Shown: positions 23,019 to 35,565, counted from the first letter of the stretch. The stretch is DNA of 64,000 nucleotides from Heterodontus francisci (GCF_036365525.1 NC_090383.1:111788531-111852530); one strand, 5' to 3'. Made by a program: numbers and translations. Notes: generated by a model from the letters alone, not told the origin.

Positions 23019-25925
23019 ATGCTGCTTTTATCAACTGAGCCACAGACTGTATTCACCCACCTCTGTCTCTTCGGCCCTCCCTACTTCCAGGAAACCACAA
23101 AATTGATAATTAAATATGGAAAAAAATAAATCACATTCTTTAATATTACGGAAAACACTCTGGAGATACAGGGGTATAAATGTCTTGGGTACTTGCACAA
23201 AGTGGAGGATAGCAATCGGCAGCCTATTTTGTGAGCTACTTGATTTTCATTTCTATTCACAGGAGGGGTGGCTCTGTTAATTAATGATGGTATTAGCACA
23301 ATAGAGAGGGATGACCTAAGTTCAGGAAACCAGGATGTAGAAGTGGTTTGGGTCGAGATGAGAAGTCACTTGTGGGAGTGGTGTATAAGCCCCCTAACAG
23401 TAACCACATGGTAGGATGCGATATATAGGAATAAATAATGGGAGCTTGTCAGACAGGTACGGCAATAATCATGGTGGATTTTAATCTACATACAGACCAG
23501 AAAAATCAGATGGGCAAAGGTGAGGAATTCATAGAATGTTTGTTTTTGGGATAGTTTCTTAGAACAGCACATTCTGGAGCCAACCAGAGAACAGGCTATA
23601 CTAGACTGGGTATTGTGCAATGAGACAGGATTAATGACCTCAGAGAAGGTGCCCCTAGTCAGCAGCGATCATAATATGACTGAATTTTACATTCAGTTTG
23701 TGGGAGAGAAGAATGGGTCTAAGACTAGTATCTTAAACTTAAATAAAGGCAATTATGAGGGCATGAAAGCAGAACTAGCAAAAGTGAACTGGCAAAGTAG
23801 GTTAAGGGATAGGTCAATAGAGATGCAGTGGCAGACATTTAAGGGGATATTTCAGAATACACAGAATAGATACATTCTAATGAGAAAGAAAAATTCCAAG
23901 GGGAGGACTAAAAAAGTTAACGATCGTATCAAACTTAAAGAAAAAGCATATATTTGTGCAAAGATGAGTGGCAGTTCAGAAGATTGAACAGAATATAAAA
24001 AGCAGCAAAGAATGACGAAAAGATTAATAATGAGAGAAAAATTAAAGTCTGAAAGAAAGCTGGCTAGAAATACAAAAACAGATAGTAAGAGTTTCTATAG
24101 ATATTTAAAAAAGAAAAGGGTTAACATAGTGAGTGTTGGTCCTATAGAAAGTGAGTCTGGGGAATTAATAAAGTAAAATAAGGAGATGGCAGATGAACTG
24201 AGCAGGTATTTTGCATCAGTCTTCACCATAGAGGATACAAGTAACAAACCAGAAAAAGCTGTAAATCAGGAAATGGAAGGGAGGGAGGAACTCAAGAATA
24301 TTACAATCACCAGGGAAGTGGTACTGAGCAAATTGTTGGAGCTGTGGGCTGACAAGGTCCAGGATCCTGATGGACTTCACCTGAGGGTCTTAAAAGAAGT
24401 GGCTACTGAAATAGTTGATAAGTCGATTTAAATTTTCCAAAATTCCCAGATTCGAGAAGGTTCCATTCCATTGGAAAATAGCCAATGTAACTCCTTTATT
24501 CAAAAAGAGAGGGAGACAGAAAGCAGGAAACTACAGGCCAGTTAGCTTAACACCTGTCTTAGGGAACATTTTAGAAGCTATTATTAAAGACATTATAGCA
24601 AGGCACTTCGAAATAGTCAAGGTAATCAGGCAGAGTCAACATGGTTTTGTGAAAGGGAAATTAGTTTAACCAATTTATTGGAGTTCTTTGAAGAAGTTAC
24701 ATGTGCTGTGGATAAAGGGGAACCAGTGGATGTACTGTACTAAGATGTCTAGAAGCATTTGATAAGGTGCCACATCAAAGGTTCTTGTGGAAAAGCTCAT
24801 GATGTAGGGGCTAACATAGTGGCATGGATAGAAGATTGTCTAGCTCACAGGAAACAGAAAGTAGGCATAAATGGATAATTTTCTGGTTGGCAAGATGCTG
24901 CAGCCTCATCTTTTTCTAATTTATATAAATGACTTGGATGAAGGGACCACAGGTATGGTTGTTGATGACACAAAAGATAGGTAGGAAAGTAAGTTGTGAA
25001 GAGGACTTAAAGAAGTTACGACAGGATATAGATAGGTTAAGAGAATGGGCAAAGATCTGGCAATAGAATGTAATGTGGGAAAATGTGAAATTGTCCATTT
25101 TGGCAGGAAGAATTAAAAAGCATATTATCTAAATGGTGAGAGATTGCAGAGCTATCTGGGTGTCCTCGTGCATGAATCGCAAAAGGTTAGCATGCAGGTA
25201 CAGCAAGTAATTAGGAAAGAAGCTAATAGACTGTTATTGTTTATCGCGAGGGGAATTGAATACAAAGCAGGGAGGTTATGCTTCAGTTATACAGGGCATT
25301 GGTGAGGCCACATCTGGAGTACTGTGTACAGTACTGGTCTCTTTATTTAAGAAAGGATGTAAATGCATTGGAAGCAGTTCAGAGAAGGTTTACTAGACTA
25401 ATACCTGGAATGGGAGGGTTGTCTAATGAGGAAAAGTTGGATAGGCGAGGCTTGCATCTGCTGGAGTTTAGAAGAGTAAGAGGCGCCTTGATTGAAACAT
25501 AAAAGATTCTGAGGGGTCTTGACAGGGTGGATGTGAAAAGAATGTTTCCTCTTGTGGGAGAATCTAGAACAAGGGGCCATTATTTAAAGATCCATTTAAG
25601 ACAAAGATAAGGAGACATTTTTTTCTCTGAGGGATGAGTGTCTTTGGAACTCTCTTCCTCAAAAGGTGGTGGAAGCAGAGTAGAATCACAGAAAAATTAC
25701 GGCACAGAAGGAGGCCATTCAGCCCATCGTATCCGTGCCGGCTGAAAAAACAAGCCGCCCAATCTAATCCCATCTTCCAGCACCTGGTCCATAGCCATGC
25801 AGGTTACAGCACTTCGGTTGCATGTCCAGGTACCTTTTATGAGTGTTCAGGGTTTCTGCCTCCACCACTGTACCTGGCAGTGAATTCTAGACACCCACCA
25901 CCCTCTGAGTGAGAAGTTTTTTCTC

Positions 25926-27656
25926 AGACCTGTTAGCCTTACATCAGTTGTCAGGAAAATGCTAGAATCTATTCTAAAGGATGTGATAAATGGACACTTG
26001 GATAATAATGATCTGATTGGGCATAGTGAACATGGATTTATGAATGGGAAATCATGTTTGACAAACCTGTTGGGAGTTTTTTGAGGATGTTACTAACAGA
26101 ATTGATAAAGAGGAGTCAGTGGATGTGGTATACTTGGATTTTCAGAAGGCTTTTGATAAAGTTCCCCACAGGAGATTGGTTAGCAAAATTAAAGTACATG
26201 GGATAGGAGGTAGTATACTGGCATGGATTAAGGATTGGTTAAACAGGCAGAAAGCAGATAGTAGTAATAAATAGGTCATTCTCGCATTGGCAGGCTGTGA
26301 CAATTGGGCTACCGCAGGGATCAGTGCTTGGGCCCCAGCTGTTCACAATATATATCAATGATCTGGATGTGGGGACCAAATGTAATATTTCCAAGTTCGC
26401 GGATGACACAGAACTAGGTGAGAATGTGTGTTGTGAGGAAGATGCAAAGTGGCTTAAGGAGATTGGGACAGACTTAGTGAGTGGGCAAAAATGCGGCAGA
26501 TGGAATATAATGTGGGAAAATGTGAGGTTATCTACTTTGGAAGGAGGAACAGATGTGCAGAGTATTTCTTAGATGGGAAGCGATTAGAAAGTGTAGATGT
26601 TTAGAGTTTAGAGAGATACAGCACTGAAACAGGCCCTTCGGCCCACCGAGTCTGTGCCGACCATCAACCACCCATTTATACTAATCCTACTCTAATTCCA
26701 TATTCTTACCACATCCCCACCTGTCCCTATATTTCCCTACCACCTACCTATACTAGGGACAATTGCTAATAGCCAATTTACCTATCAACCTGCAAGTCTT
26801 TGGCATGTGGGAGGAAACCGGAGCACCCGGAGAAAACCCACGCAGACACAGGGAGAACTTGCAAACTCCACACAGGCAGTACCCAGAATTGAACCCGGGT
26901 CGCTGGAGCTGTGAGGCTGCGGTGCTAACCACTGCACCACTGTACAAAGGGACCTTTGTGTCCTGTCAATAAGTCACTGAAAGCTAACATGCAGGTGCAG
27001 CAAGCAATTAGGAAGGTTAATGGTATGTTAGCCTTTATCGCAAGAGGATTTAAGTACAGGAGTAGTGAAGTCTTGCTTCAATTGTATAGAACCTTGGTTA
27101 GACAGCACCTGGAGTACTGTGTGCAGTTTTGGTCTCCTTACTTTAGGAAGGATATTATTGCCACAGAGGGAGTGCAACGAAGGTTCACTATTCTTGTTCC
27201 CAGGTTGACGGGTCTGTTCTATGAAGAGAGATTGGGGAAACTGAGCCTGTATTCTCTAGAGTTTCAAAGAATGAGAGGTGATCTCATTGAAACCTACAAA
27301 ATACTTAAAGGGAAAGACAGGGTAGATGCAGGTAAGATGTTTCCCCTGGTTGGGGAGTCTAGAAGCAGGGGACACAATTTCAAAATAAGGGGGAAGCCAC
27401 TCAGGACAGAAATGAGGAGAAATTTCTTTACTCGGAGGGTTGTGAATCTTTGGAATTCTCTACTCCAGAGGGCTGTGGAAACTCAGTCATTGAGCATGTT
27501 TAAAGCAGAGGTTGACAGATTTCTAAATACCAATGACATAAAAGGATATGAGGATAGTGTGGGGAAAAAGGCATTGAAGTGGATGATCAGCCATGATCGT
27601 ATTGAATGGCGGGACAGGCTCGATGGGCTGAATGGCCTACTCCTGCTCCAATGTTC
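25926..27656 (+). mobile_element. CR1 RT/3' fragment nested in the minus CR1
   Basis: [25 protein letters not shown] and a 237-aa C-terminal ORF. Same subfamily as 35925-37880. Confidence 0.88.
26601..26943 (-). mobile_element. HE1-type V-SINE nested in a CR1
   Basis: Reverse complement of the same SINE. It interrupts the CR1 at GTAGATGT|ACAAAG (uninterrupted in the sister copy near 37161). Confidence 0.9.
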
Positions 27657-28359
27657 ATGTCCCCTCTAATCTTTCTACCAATCACCTTAAATCTGTGCCC
27701 CCGGTAATTGGCCTCTCTGTTAGGACAGCTCCTTCCTGTTTACTCTATCTCATAATTTTGTACACCTCAATTAAGTCACCCCTCAGCCTCCTAAGGAAAA
27801 CAACCCTAGCCGATCCAATCCCCAACTATTATTGCCCGAAGAGTCTTTGAATTTTTTTAAGGCAGAGGTAGATAGATTCTTGATAAGCAAAGGAGTGAAA
27901 GGTTATTGGGCTTAGGCGGGAATGTGGGGTTGAGTTTACAATCAGATCAGCCATGATCTTGTTGAATGGTGGAGCAGGCTCAAGGGGACGAGTGGCCTAC
28001 TCCTGCTCCTAATTCATATGTTCGTATGTTCACTTCAATTTCTAACCTATAATCATAAAATTCAATCTAAAATCAAGTCCAAGAGAAAGCTTCTTCACAA
28101 AAAGGGTTGTGACTATGGGGAATGTATTGACCTAGATAACCATTGCTGCAAAATCAATTAGATGCATCCTGGGGAAGTAACAGCATTGACAAATATGAAT
28201 AAAGGGCAGTGAACTGGGATTAACAAAATGGTGAAACAGGCTTGAAGGGGTGAAAAGCCTACTTCTGTTTCAAAGCAGTAATAGCTCATAGCTCAGATGA
28301 TATTGACAAAATGCTTTGTAGAATTACAGAACGTTATACCAGAGGGTTTTTAAAAATTA

Positions 28360-28835
28360 ATTCATTTGATACGGGTGTCACTGGCTAGGCCAGCATTTAT
28401 TGCCCATCCCTAATTGCCCTTGAGAAGGTGATAGTGAGCTGCCTTCTTGAACCACTGCAGTCCATGTGGGGTAGGTCCACCCGGTTTCATTTCTTATTGA
28501 CCTTGTCGCGGTTTGACACAACTGAGTGGCTTGCTAGGCCATTTCAGAGGGCATTTAAGAGTCAACCACATTGCTGTGGGTCTGGAGTCACATGTAGGCC
28601 AGACCAGGTAAGAACAGATTTCTTTCCCTAAAGGACATTAGTGAACCAGACAGGTTTTTACAACAATTGACAATGGTTTCATGGACATTAGACTAGCTTT
28701 TTAATTCCAGATTTATTAATTGAATTCAAATTCCACCTTCTGCTGTGGTGGGATTCAAACCCAAGTCCTCAGAGCAATACCCTGGGTCTCTGGGTTACTC
28801 ATCCAGTGACATTACCACTAGGGCACTGCCTCCCC
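28360..28835 (-). mobile_element. Same SINE family with a longer LINE-derived tail
   Basis: Same core and head; the tail extends about 110 bp into the partner LINE 3' end. Confidence 0.7.
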
Positions 28836-29863
28836 GGTAGGCTATTTAGCCCATCAAGTCTGGCGCTAGTGTTGTTCTCCACATGAATAGATTAGGAAGT
28901 TCAACAGCTTGTATTTATGTCTTTAATGTACTAAAGCATCCCAAGGCTTCACAGGAACATTACCAAACACAATTTGAAGAGCCATATAATGAGATATCAG
29001 GGTTGATAACCATAAGCTTGGTCAAAGAGGTCGTGTCTTAAAGGCAGAAAGAGAACTAGCAAAGCAAAGAACTTTAGGAAGGGAATTCCATAACTTTGGG
29101 CCTTGGCAACTGAAGGCATAGCCATCAAACCAGGGATGCTCAAGAGGGCAAACTTGGAGGAGTGCAGATATCATGGAGGTTTGTAGGGCTGGAGAAGATT
29201 ACAGAGATAGGGAAGGGTGAGGTCATGGGAGGGAGTTGAAATTTTAAAATGATGCATTGCTTAACCAGAAGCCAATACAGGCCAGCGAGCACAGGGGTGA
29301 TGAGGGAATGGGACTTGATGCGAATTAGGACACGCGCAACAAAGTTTTGGATGACCTCAAGTTTATGGAGGGTAAACTTCCCAGACCATTTAAATGTTCC
29401 TCTTTTTCAGGCAACTATCTAATTGCCTTTAAACAGACTTTACAGATATTGCTTCAATACTGGCATGTGGCAGCAACTTTAAAATTCTAACCACACTATA
29501 TAAAGATATTTTAACTCCTACCCAAGAACACAAGAAATAGAAGCAGGACTAGACCATATGGCCCATCAAGCTTGCTCCAACGTTCAATACGATCATGGCT
29601 GATCTTAAACTTCAGCTCCACTTTCCCGCCCACTCGCCATATCCCTTGATTCCCTGAGACACCAAAAATCTGTCTATCCCAGCCTTAAACGTATTAAATG
29701 ATGGAGTATCCACAACCCTCTGGGGTGGTGAATTCCAAAGTTTCACAGCCCTTTGATTGAAGTAATTTCTCCTCAACTCGGTCCTAAATGATCAGCCCCT
29801 TATCACGAGACTGTGTCCCTGTGTTTTAGATTCCTCGACCAATCTCTGAGTGTTTACCCTACA

Positions 29864-30824
29864 TGTCAAATGGGAAATATTAATTTCATCGGCTGGAATT
29901 TTGCCTTTTACTGGAAATTCTTACAAATAACTTAAAAAAAATAATAAACTGACAGCCAAGATGGCCACTGCAATTTACATTTGAAACACCAAAGGAGACA
30001 ACACGACTGACTCAACCTAGCCAGAATAATGGGATGCTCACTGATTAAATTACCTGGGATGGCCTTATCAACATGGTCATCAGGGGCTATCGACACCCAT
30101 TGACCTTGAAAGAGCCAACCCCCAAGTGTGACCGGACAGCTTGAGGGATAGAGCCTTGAATCTGAGAAGATTCCAGAAGGACCTCATTAACAGCACAAAG
30201 AGGTTTGGTAATGTCATGTGACTGCTTGTGCAGCTCTGGGAAGACTGTAAGCTTTATCACACAGAAAGCAGACAAAAGTAACTGAAAAAACCATCACGAA
30301 GCAGTTCTCGTTCTCTCTCTCTCCAGTCAAACCGCCACAGCCAGCAACTAGGGGACAAGAATCGAACCCCTCTTCTGCCTACAGAAGCCCTGAGAAAAGC
30401 AAGCCCATCACAGTGCACGTGGCCCAGCTAGGACTTCTGGAATACAATTTCAGCTGAGGACTTGAGATTTAAAATTGTATTTAAATTCAATTTATTCCAG
30501 ACTCTACTCCAACCACCAAAGCGGTTTTCCCTCTGTAATCTATTTGTGTGTTTGTGTGTGTGTGAGACTCGTGTGAATGCGTAGCATATTTTAGTAATTT
30601 TAACTGGTTTAGAGTGTTAAGAATAATAAACTTTCATCTTTCTTGTTTAAACTCAAGAAAACCTGTCTGATTGGTTCTTTTGCAATTACATTAGAGGACC
30701 AGGAGCAAGCGCTCACTGAGTCGGTAAGTTCAATCCTATGTTAAAAAGGAATAAACCCTTGGGGTCAAACCAGAGAAGGGGCAAAAAGGGGAGCCTGAGT
30801 CTCCCTCCTCACCTGGCTGTAACA
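29864..30824 (+). mobile_element. Probable solo LTR inserted in a minus-strand CR1 fragment (29525-30880)
   Basis: Begins TGT and ends ACA, has internal AATAAA and a (TG)n tract, and interrupts a CR1 that resumes on the far side. No clear TSD. Confidence 0.55.
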
Positions 30825-31304
30825 AGCCCCTTCAGAATCTTGTATGTTTGAATGAGATCACTTCTCATTCTCCAAACTCCTGAGAATTTGGCCCAAAATA
30901 CTAGCTTCAATATGAAGCCTTTATATGATGTAACCATTAGTATATTTGTATCATTATTCCATGGTGTAAAATTCCTTTCATTATGAAATAGCATATCATC
31001 CAACTGAATGTGATGCTGCATAAAACTCCCTTGTACATGTAATTAAAGCTTGAACTTTAGCTTGGGTCTGTAAGTAAAATGGCCAGCGCATCTCAAAAGT
31101 GGCTGGGCATCAGACCTCAAAAGGAGGATTGGCTCACGTTCATCAGAAACTCAGTGTCACAGGCTGTGGTTATAATTTAGGACTGAGACACATTTGGGCA
31201 TATTTTTCATGAGATAATGAGAACAACTCCAAAACAGACAGGTGTGCTTACTTGTTTTACACAGGATTTAATATAGATCATTCCAGACACTTAAACATGT
31301 AATC

Positions 31305-31610
31305 CAGGCTGACCTTCAGTGCAGTATGGACGGAATGCTGCACTGCTGGAGGCACCATTTCTGATGAGAAGTCAAACCAAGACCCTGTCTGCCCTCTCAG
31401 GTGGAGGTAAAACATGTCATGGCATTACTCTCCCTGGTGTCCTGGCCAATTTTTATCCCTCAACCATTAACTGGTCATTATCTCGTTGCAATTTCTTGGG
31501 AACATTTTTCCACATTACAACAGTGGCTACACTTTAAAAGTACATCATTGACTATTAAAGGCTTTGGAGCGTCCCCGAGATGGTGAAATACGCTATTAAT
31601 ATGCAAGTTC
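31305..31610 (+). mobile_element. Degenerate Deu-domain SINE
   Basis: Diverged match to the 20655-20992 copy. Confidence 0.55.
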
Positions 31611-31863
31611 TAAACTTTAGACTAAACCTCCTCCTCAGTCAAGACAGCCTTGTGAGGATAGAATACTGGTGTTAGAACTCAACCCGTCTATGGCCTCAAC
31701 ACGGCGCAAATATTTAAAACACTGTGAAAAATGGCAAGTTTTGAAATGTTGGATGCACGTTAGCACTCCAGTACTGCTAATCCAAGATATAGACAGGCTT
31801 GGTCACACGTAACAACTTATATCTTCTTTCCGAACTGTGCACTGAGGATGCCAGAGTTTCTCT

Positions 31864-32049
31864 AAAATAAAAGCAAAATACTGCGGATGCTGGAAATCTG
31901 AAATTAAAAACAAGAAATGCTGGAACCACTCAGCAGGTCTGGCAGCATCTGTGGAAAGATGAAGGGTCACTGACCCGAAACGTTAACTCTGCTTCTCTTT
32001 CCACAGATGCTGCCAGAACTGCGGAGTGGTTACAGCATTTCTTGTTTTT
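31864..32049. mobile_element. Inverted (tail-to-tail) pair of Penelope terminal-repeat fragments
   Basis: A minus copy followed by a plus copy of the same 3' end. 16-bp TSD ATGCCAGAGTTTCTCT at 31848-31863 and 32050-32065. Confidence 0.9.
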
Positions 32050-32071
32050 ATGCCAGAGTTTCTCTGCTGAC

Positions 32072-32150
32072 CTGCATTTCCTCTTTTCAATACGATGATA
32101 TGAGATTCCGTTTTTACGCAGGGCCTGTTCCTCCTGCCCTTTATCACCAT
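32072..32150 (-). CDS. SYNJ2BP/OMP25-like PDZ tail-anchored protein, coding exon 1
   Basis: ATG at 32150 with in-frame TAA TAA upstream. Translates MVIKGRRNRPCVKTESHIIVLKRGNA(G), i.e. PDZ beta-A strand plus KRG. Phase-1 donor CAG|GTCAGC matches the phase of exon 2. Confidence 0.75.
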
Positions 32151-32169
32151 GCTCCAGGTCCATCCAGCC

Positions 32170-32420
32170 CCACCGCTGTTGTCACACGTCAGAAAGACAC
32201 ATTATTACGTCTCTCCTGCTCTGACACTCATTAAAACGCCATCGTCACGGCAGCTTCCCCATGATCATTCAAAATGAAAAGGGGCGAGAGACAGAAAATA
32301 AAATCACCTCCTGGTGGGTCGGATTGGTTTTCCTCCACTTAGCCGGTACATAACCGGAACTGAGAAACTGACCCGAATTTGGCTTATTGTAACCAAGCGA
32401 TTTAGCTTCAAACTGGGGAT
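32170..32420 (-). promoter_or_regulatory. Probable promoter / 5'UTR region of the SYNJ2BP-like gene, possibly with a short 5'UTR intron (~32177-32307)
   Basis: Local CpG enrichment, ETS-like CCGGAA near 32354, CCAAT-type ATTGG near 32323. A GAG|GTGATT donor and a ...gacaacag acceptor lie upstream of the ATG. Confidence 0.4.
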
Positions 32421-32864
32421 GACTGCAGTTGAAACAACTGCTAATTAGGCTACTCAGTAAAATTCGTGTTTTCCCCAATTAAAAACACAAGGTTCAAAAA
32501 TATATGTTATATAGATGCTTAACAGTACAATCATGTGCTAAGTTTGTGGTTTTCAAACTTTTCTGAAGGTGTGGTAGGCTGGAAATTCACCAATCTCCCT
32601 AGGAGCCTCTTTTAACTTGAAAACGTTTTTTTTAAATCACTATATGTTAGCAACAGAAATAACGTTAGTAAGTCAGCAAATACAGATATCTGATTGACTT
32701 GCAAACCTCGTGGCCACCCGTGGGCGTGGTGGAGCTGAAACTATATATACATATATATAAAGCAAAACTTACACCATCATCGGCATCTTAAAGTGCTTTA
32801 CAATCGATTAAATACTCTGACATGCAGTCACTGTTGCAATGCAAAAAGGGTACAACCAATTTTT

Positions 32865-34805
32865 TTTTATTCATTCATGGGATGTGGGTGTCGCTGGCCA
32901 AGCCAGCATTTATTGCCCATCCCTAATTGCCCTTGAGAAGGTGGTGGCGAGATGCCTTCTTGAACCGCTGCAGTCCATTTGGGGTAGGTACACCCACAGT
33001 GTTGTTAGGAGGGAGTTCCAGGATTTTGACCCAGTGACAGTGAAGGAATGGCAATATAGTTCCAAGACAGGATGGTATGTGACTAGGAGGGGAACTTGCA
33101 GATGGTGGTGTTCCCATGCATTTGCTGCCCTTGTCCTTCGAGTTGGCAGAGGTCACGGGTTTGGAAGGTGCTGTCAAAGGAGCCTTGGTGCATTGCTGCA
33201 GTGCATCTTGTAGATGGTATACACTGCTGCCACTGTGAGTCGGTGGTGGAGGGAGTGAATGTTTGTGAATGGGGTGCCAATCAAGTGGGCTGCTTCGTCC
33301 TGGATGGTGTCGAGCTTCTTGAGTGTTGTTGGAGCTGCACCCATCCAGGCAAGTGGAGAGTATTCCATCACACTCCTGACTTGTGCCTTGTAGATGGTGG
33401 ACAGGCTTTGGGGAGTCAGGAGGTGTGTTACTTGTCACAGGATTCCTAGCCTCTGACCTGCTCTTGTAGCCACGGTATTTATATGGCTACTCCAGTTCAG
33501 TTTCTAGTCAATGGTAGCCCTTAGGATGTTGATAGTGGGGGATTCAACAATGGTAATGCCATTGAATGTCAAGGGGAGATGGTTAGATTCTCTCTTGTTG
33601 GAAATAGTCATAGCCTGGCACTTGTGTGGCGTGAATGTTACTTGCCACTTATCAGCCCAAGCCTGGATATTGTCCAAGTCTTGCTGTATTTCTGCACAGA
33701 CGGTTTCAGTATCTGAGGAGTTGCGAATATTGCTGAACATTGTGCAATTATCAGCAAACATCCCCACTTCTGACCTTCTGATTGAAGGAAGTTCAATGAT
33801 GAAGCAGCTGAAGATGGTTGGGCCTAGGACACTACCCTGAGGAACTCCTGTAGTGATGTCCTGGAGCTCAGATGATTGACCTCCAACAACCACAACCATT
33901 TTCCTTTGCGCTAGATATGACTCCAACCAGTGGAGCGTTTTCCCCCTGATTTCCATTGACAGTTTTGCTAGGGCTCCTTGAAGTCATACTCGGTCAAATG
34001 CTGCCTTGATGTCAAGGGCAGTCACTCTCACCTCACCTCTTGAGTTCAGCTCTTTAGTCCATGTTTGAATCAAGACTGTAATGAGGTCAGGAGCTGAGTG
34101 GCCCTGGTGGAACCTAAACTGAGCATCATTGAGCAGTTTATTGCTAAGCAAGTGCCGCTTGATGGCACTGTTGATGACACCTTCCATCACTTTACTGATA
34201 ATTGAGAGTAGGCTGATGGGGCAATAATTGACCAGGTTGGAATTGTCCTGCTTTTTGTGTACAGGACATACCTGGGCAATTTTCCACATTGTCGGGTAGA
34301 TGCCAGTGTTGTAGCTGTACTGGAACAGCTTGGCTCGGGGTGCGGCAAGTTCTGGAGCATAGGTCTTCAGTACTATTGCCGGAATATTGTCAGGGTCCAT
34401 AGCCTTTGCAGTATCCAGTGCCTTCAGTCATTTCTTGATATCATGTGGAGTGAATTGAATTGGCTGATGTCTGGCATTTGTGATGCTGGGGACTTCAGGA
34501 GGAGGCTGCGATGGATTATCAACTTGGCACTTCTGGCTGAAGATTGTTGCAAATGCTTCAGCCTTATCTTTCGCACTGATGTGCTGGGCTCCCCAATCAT
34601 TGAGGATGGGGATATTTGTGGAGCCACCTCCTCCAGTTAGTTGTTTAATTGTCCACTACCATTCACAGCTAGATGTGGTAGGACTACAGAGCTTAGATCT
34701 GATCCGTTGGTTATTGGATCGCTTAGCTCTGTCTATTGCATGCTGCTTATGCAGTTTGGCACGCAGACAGTCCTATGTTTTATCTTCACCAGGTTGACAC
34801 CTCAT
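32865..34805 (-). mobile_element. CR1/L2-superfamily LINE RT fragment (partner of the SlmI-like SINE)
   Basis: PDNIPAIVLK, ALDIKAAFDRV, VPQGSVLGP and MFADNC motifs; 3' tail shared with the SINEs. Confidence 0.88.
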
Positions 34806-34807
34806 TT

Positions 34808-35565
34808 TGAACAGGGTGAGGCAATATAGACTTAATGGCACAGTTCTAAAGAGTGTGCAAGAACAGAGGGATCTGGGGGTGCATGTGCATCGATCTTTGA
34901 AGGTGGCAGGACATATTGAGAGAGTGGCTAGCAAAGCATATGGGAACTTGGGATTCATAAAAAGAGGCATTGAGTACAAAAGTGGGCGAGTTACACTGCG
35001 TCTTTCTAAAGCTCTAGTTAGGCCCCAACTGCAGTATTGCATCCAGTCTGGTCACCACACTTTAGGAAGGATGTGAGGGTCCTTGAGAGGGTGCTGAGGA
35101 GATTTATCACAATGGTTTCAGGGATGGGGGATTTTAGTTACAAGGTTAGGTTAGAAAAGCTGGAGCTGCTCTCCTTGGAGCAAAGGAGATTGAGGGGAGA
35201 TTTAATAGAGGTGTACAAGATTATAACAGGCATAGATAAGTTAGCTAAGGAAAAACTGTTCCCATTAACTAATGGTACCAGGACTGGGGGACACAGATTG
35301 AAGGTTTTGGGCAAGAGATGCAGGGGTAATGTGAGGAAGAACTTTTTTACGCAGCGGGTGGTAATGACCTGGAACTCACTGTCCACAAGGGTGGTAGAAG
35401 CAGAGACAATCAATGATTTCAAAAGGAAACTGGATTGCCACCTGAAGGAAATAAACTTGTGTAAGGCTCCAGGGATCAAGCAGGGGAGTGGGACTGACTG
35501 GATTGCTCCATGGAGAGCCAGCATGTACTCAATGGGTTGAATGGCTTCCTGTGCTGTAAATGACT
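34808..35565 (+). mobile_element. CR1 3' fragment
   Basis: EQRDLGVHV, RRLRGDLIEVYKI and FFTQRVVMTWNSL motifs. Confidence 0.88.

Larger units (their letters stand above)
25682..27839 (-). mobile_element. CR1 3' fragment (minus), split by another CR1
   Basis: Pieces 25682-25925 and ~27657-27839 are contiguous in sister copies at 48235 and 51590. Confidence 0.8.
23260..28030 (+). mobile_element. CR1 LINE (endonuclease-RT, pseudogenised) hosting nested insertions at 25682-27839
   Basis: SDHN, NYRPVSLT, QHGFVKGK and LYRALVRPHLEYC motifs. The sequence resumes at 27840 after an AGAGT duplication. Confidence 0.88.

Noticed and set aside
31930-32163. 77-aa ORF MDLEHGDK... as the first exon of a gene
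   Set aside because: Wrong phase for the PDZ exon, and it runs into a Penelope insert. The alternative frame from 32150 gives the PDZ beta-A strand.
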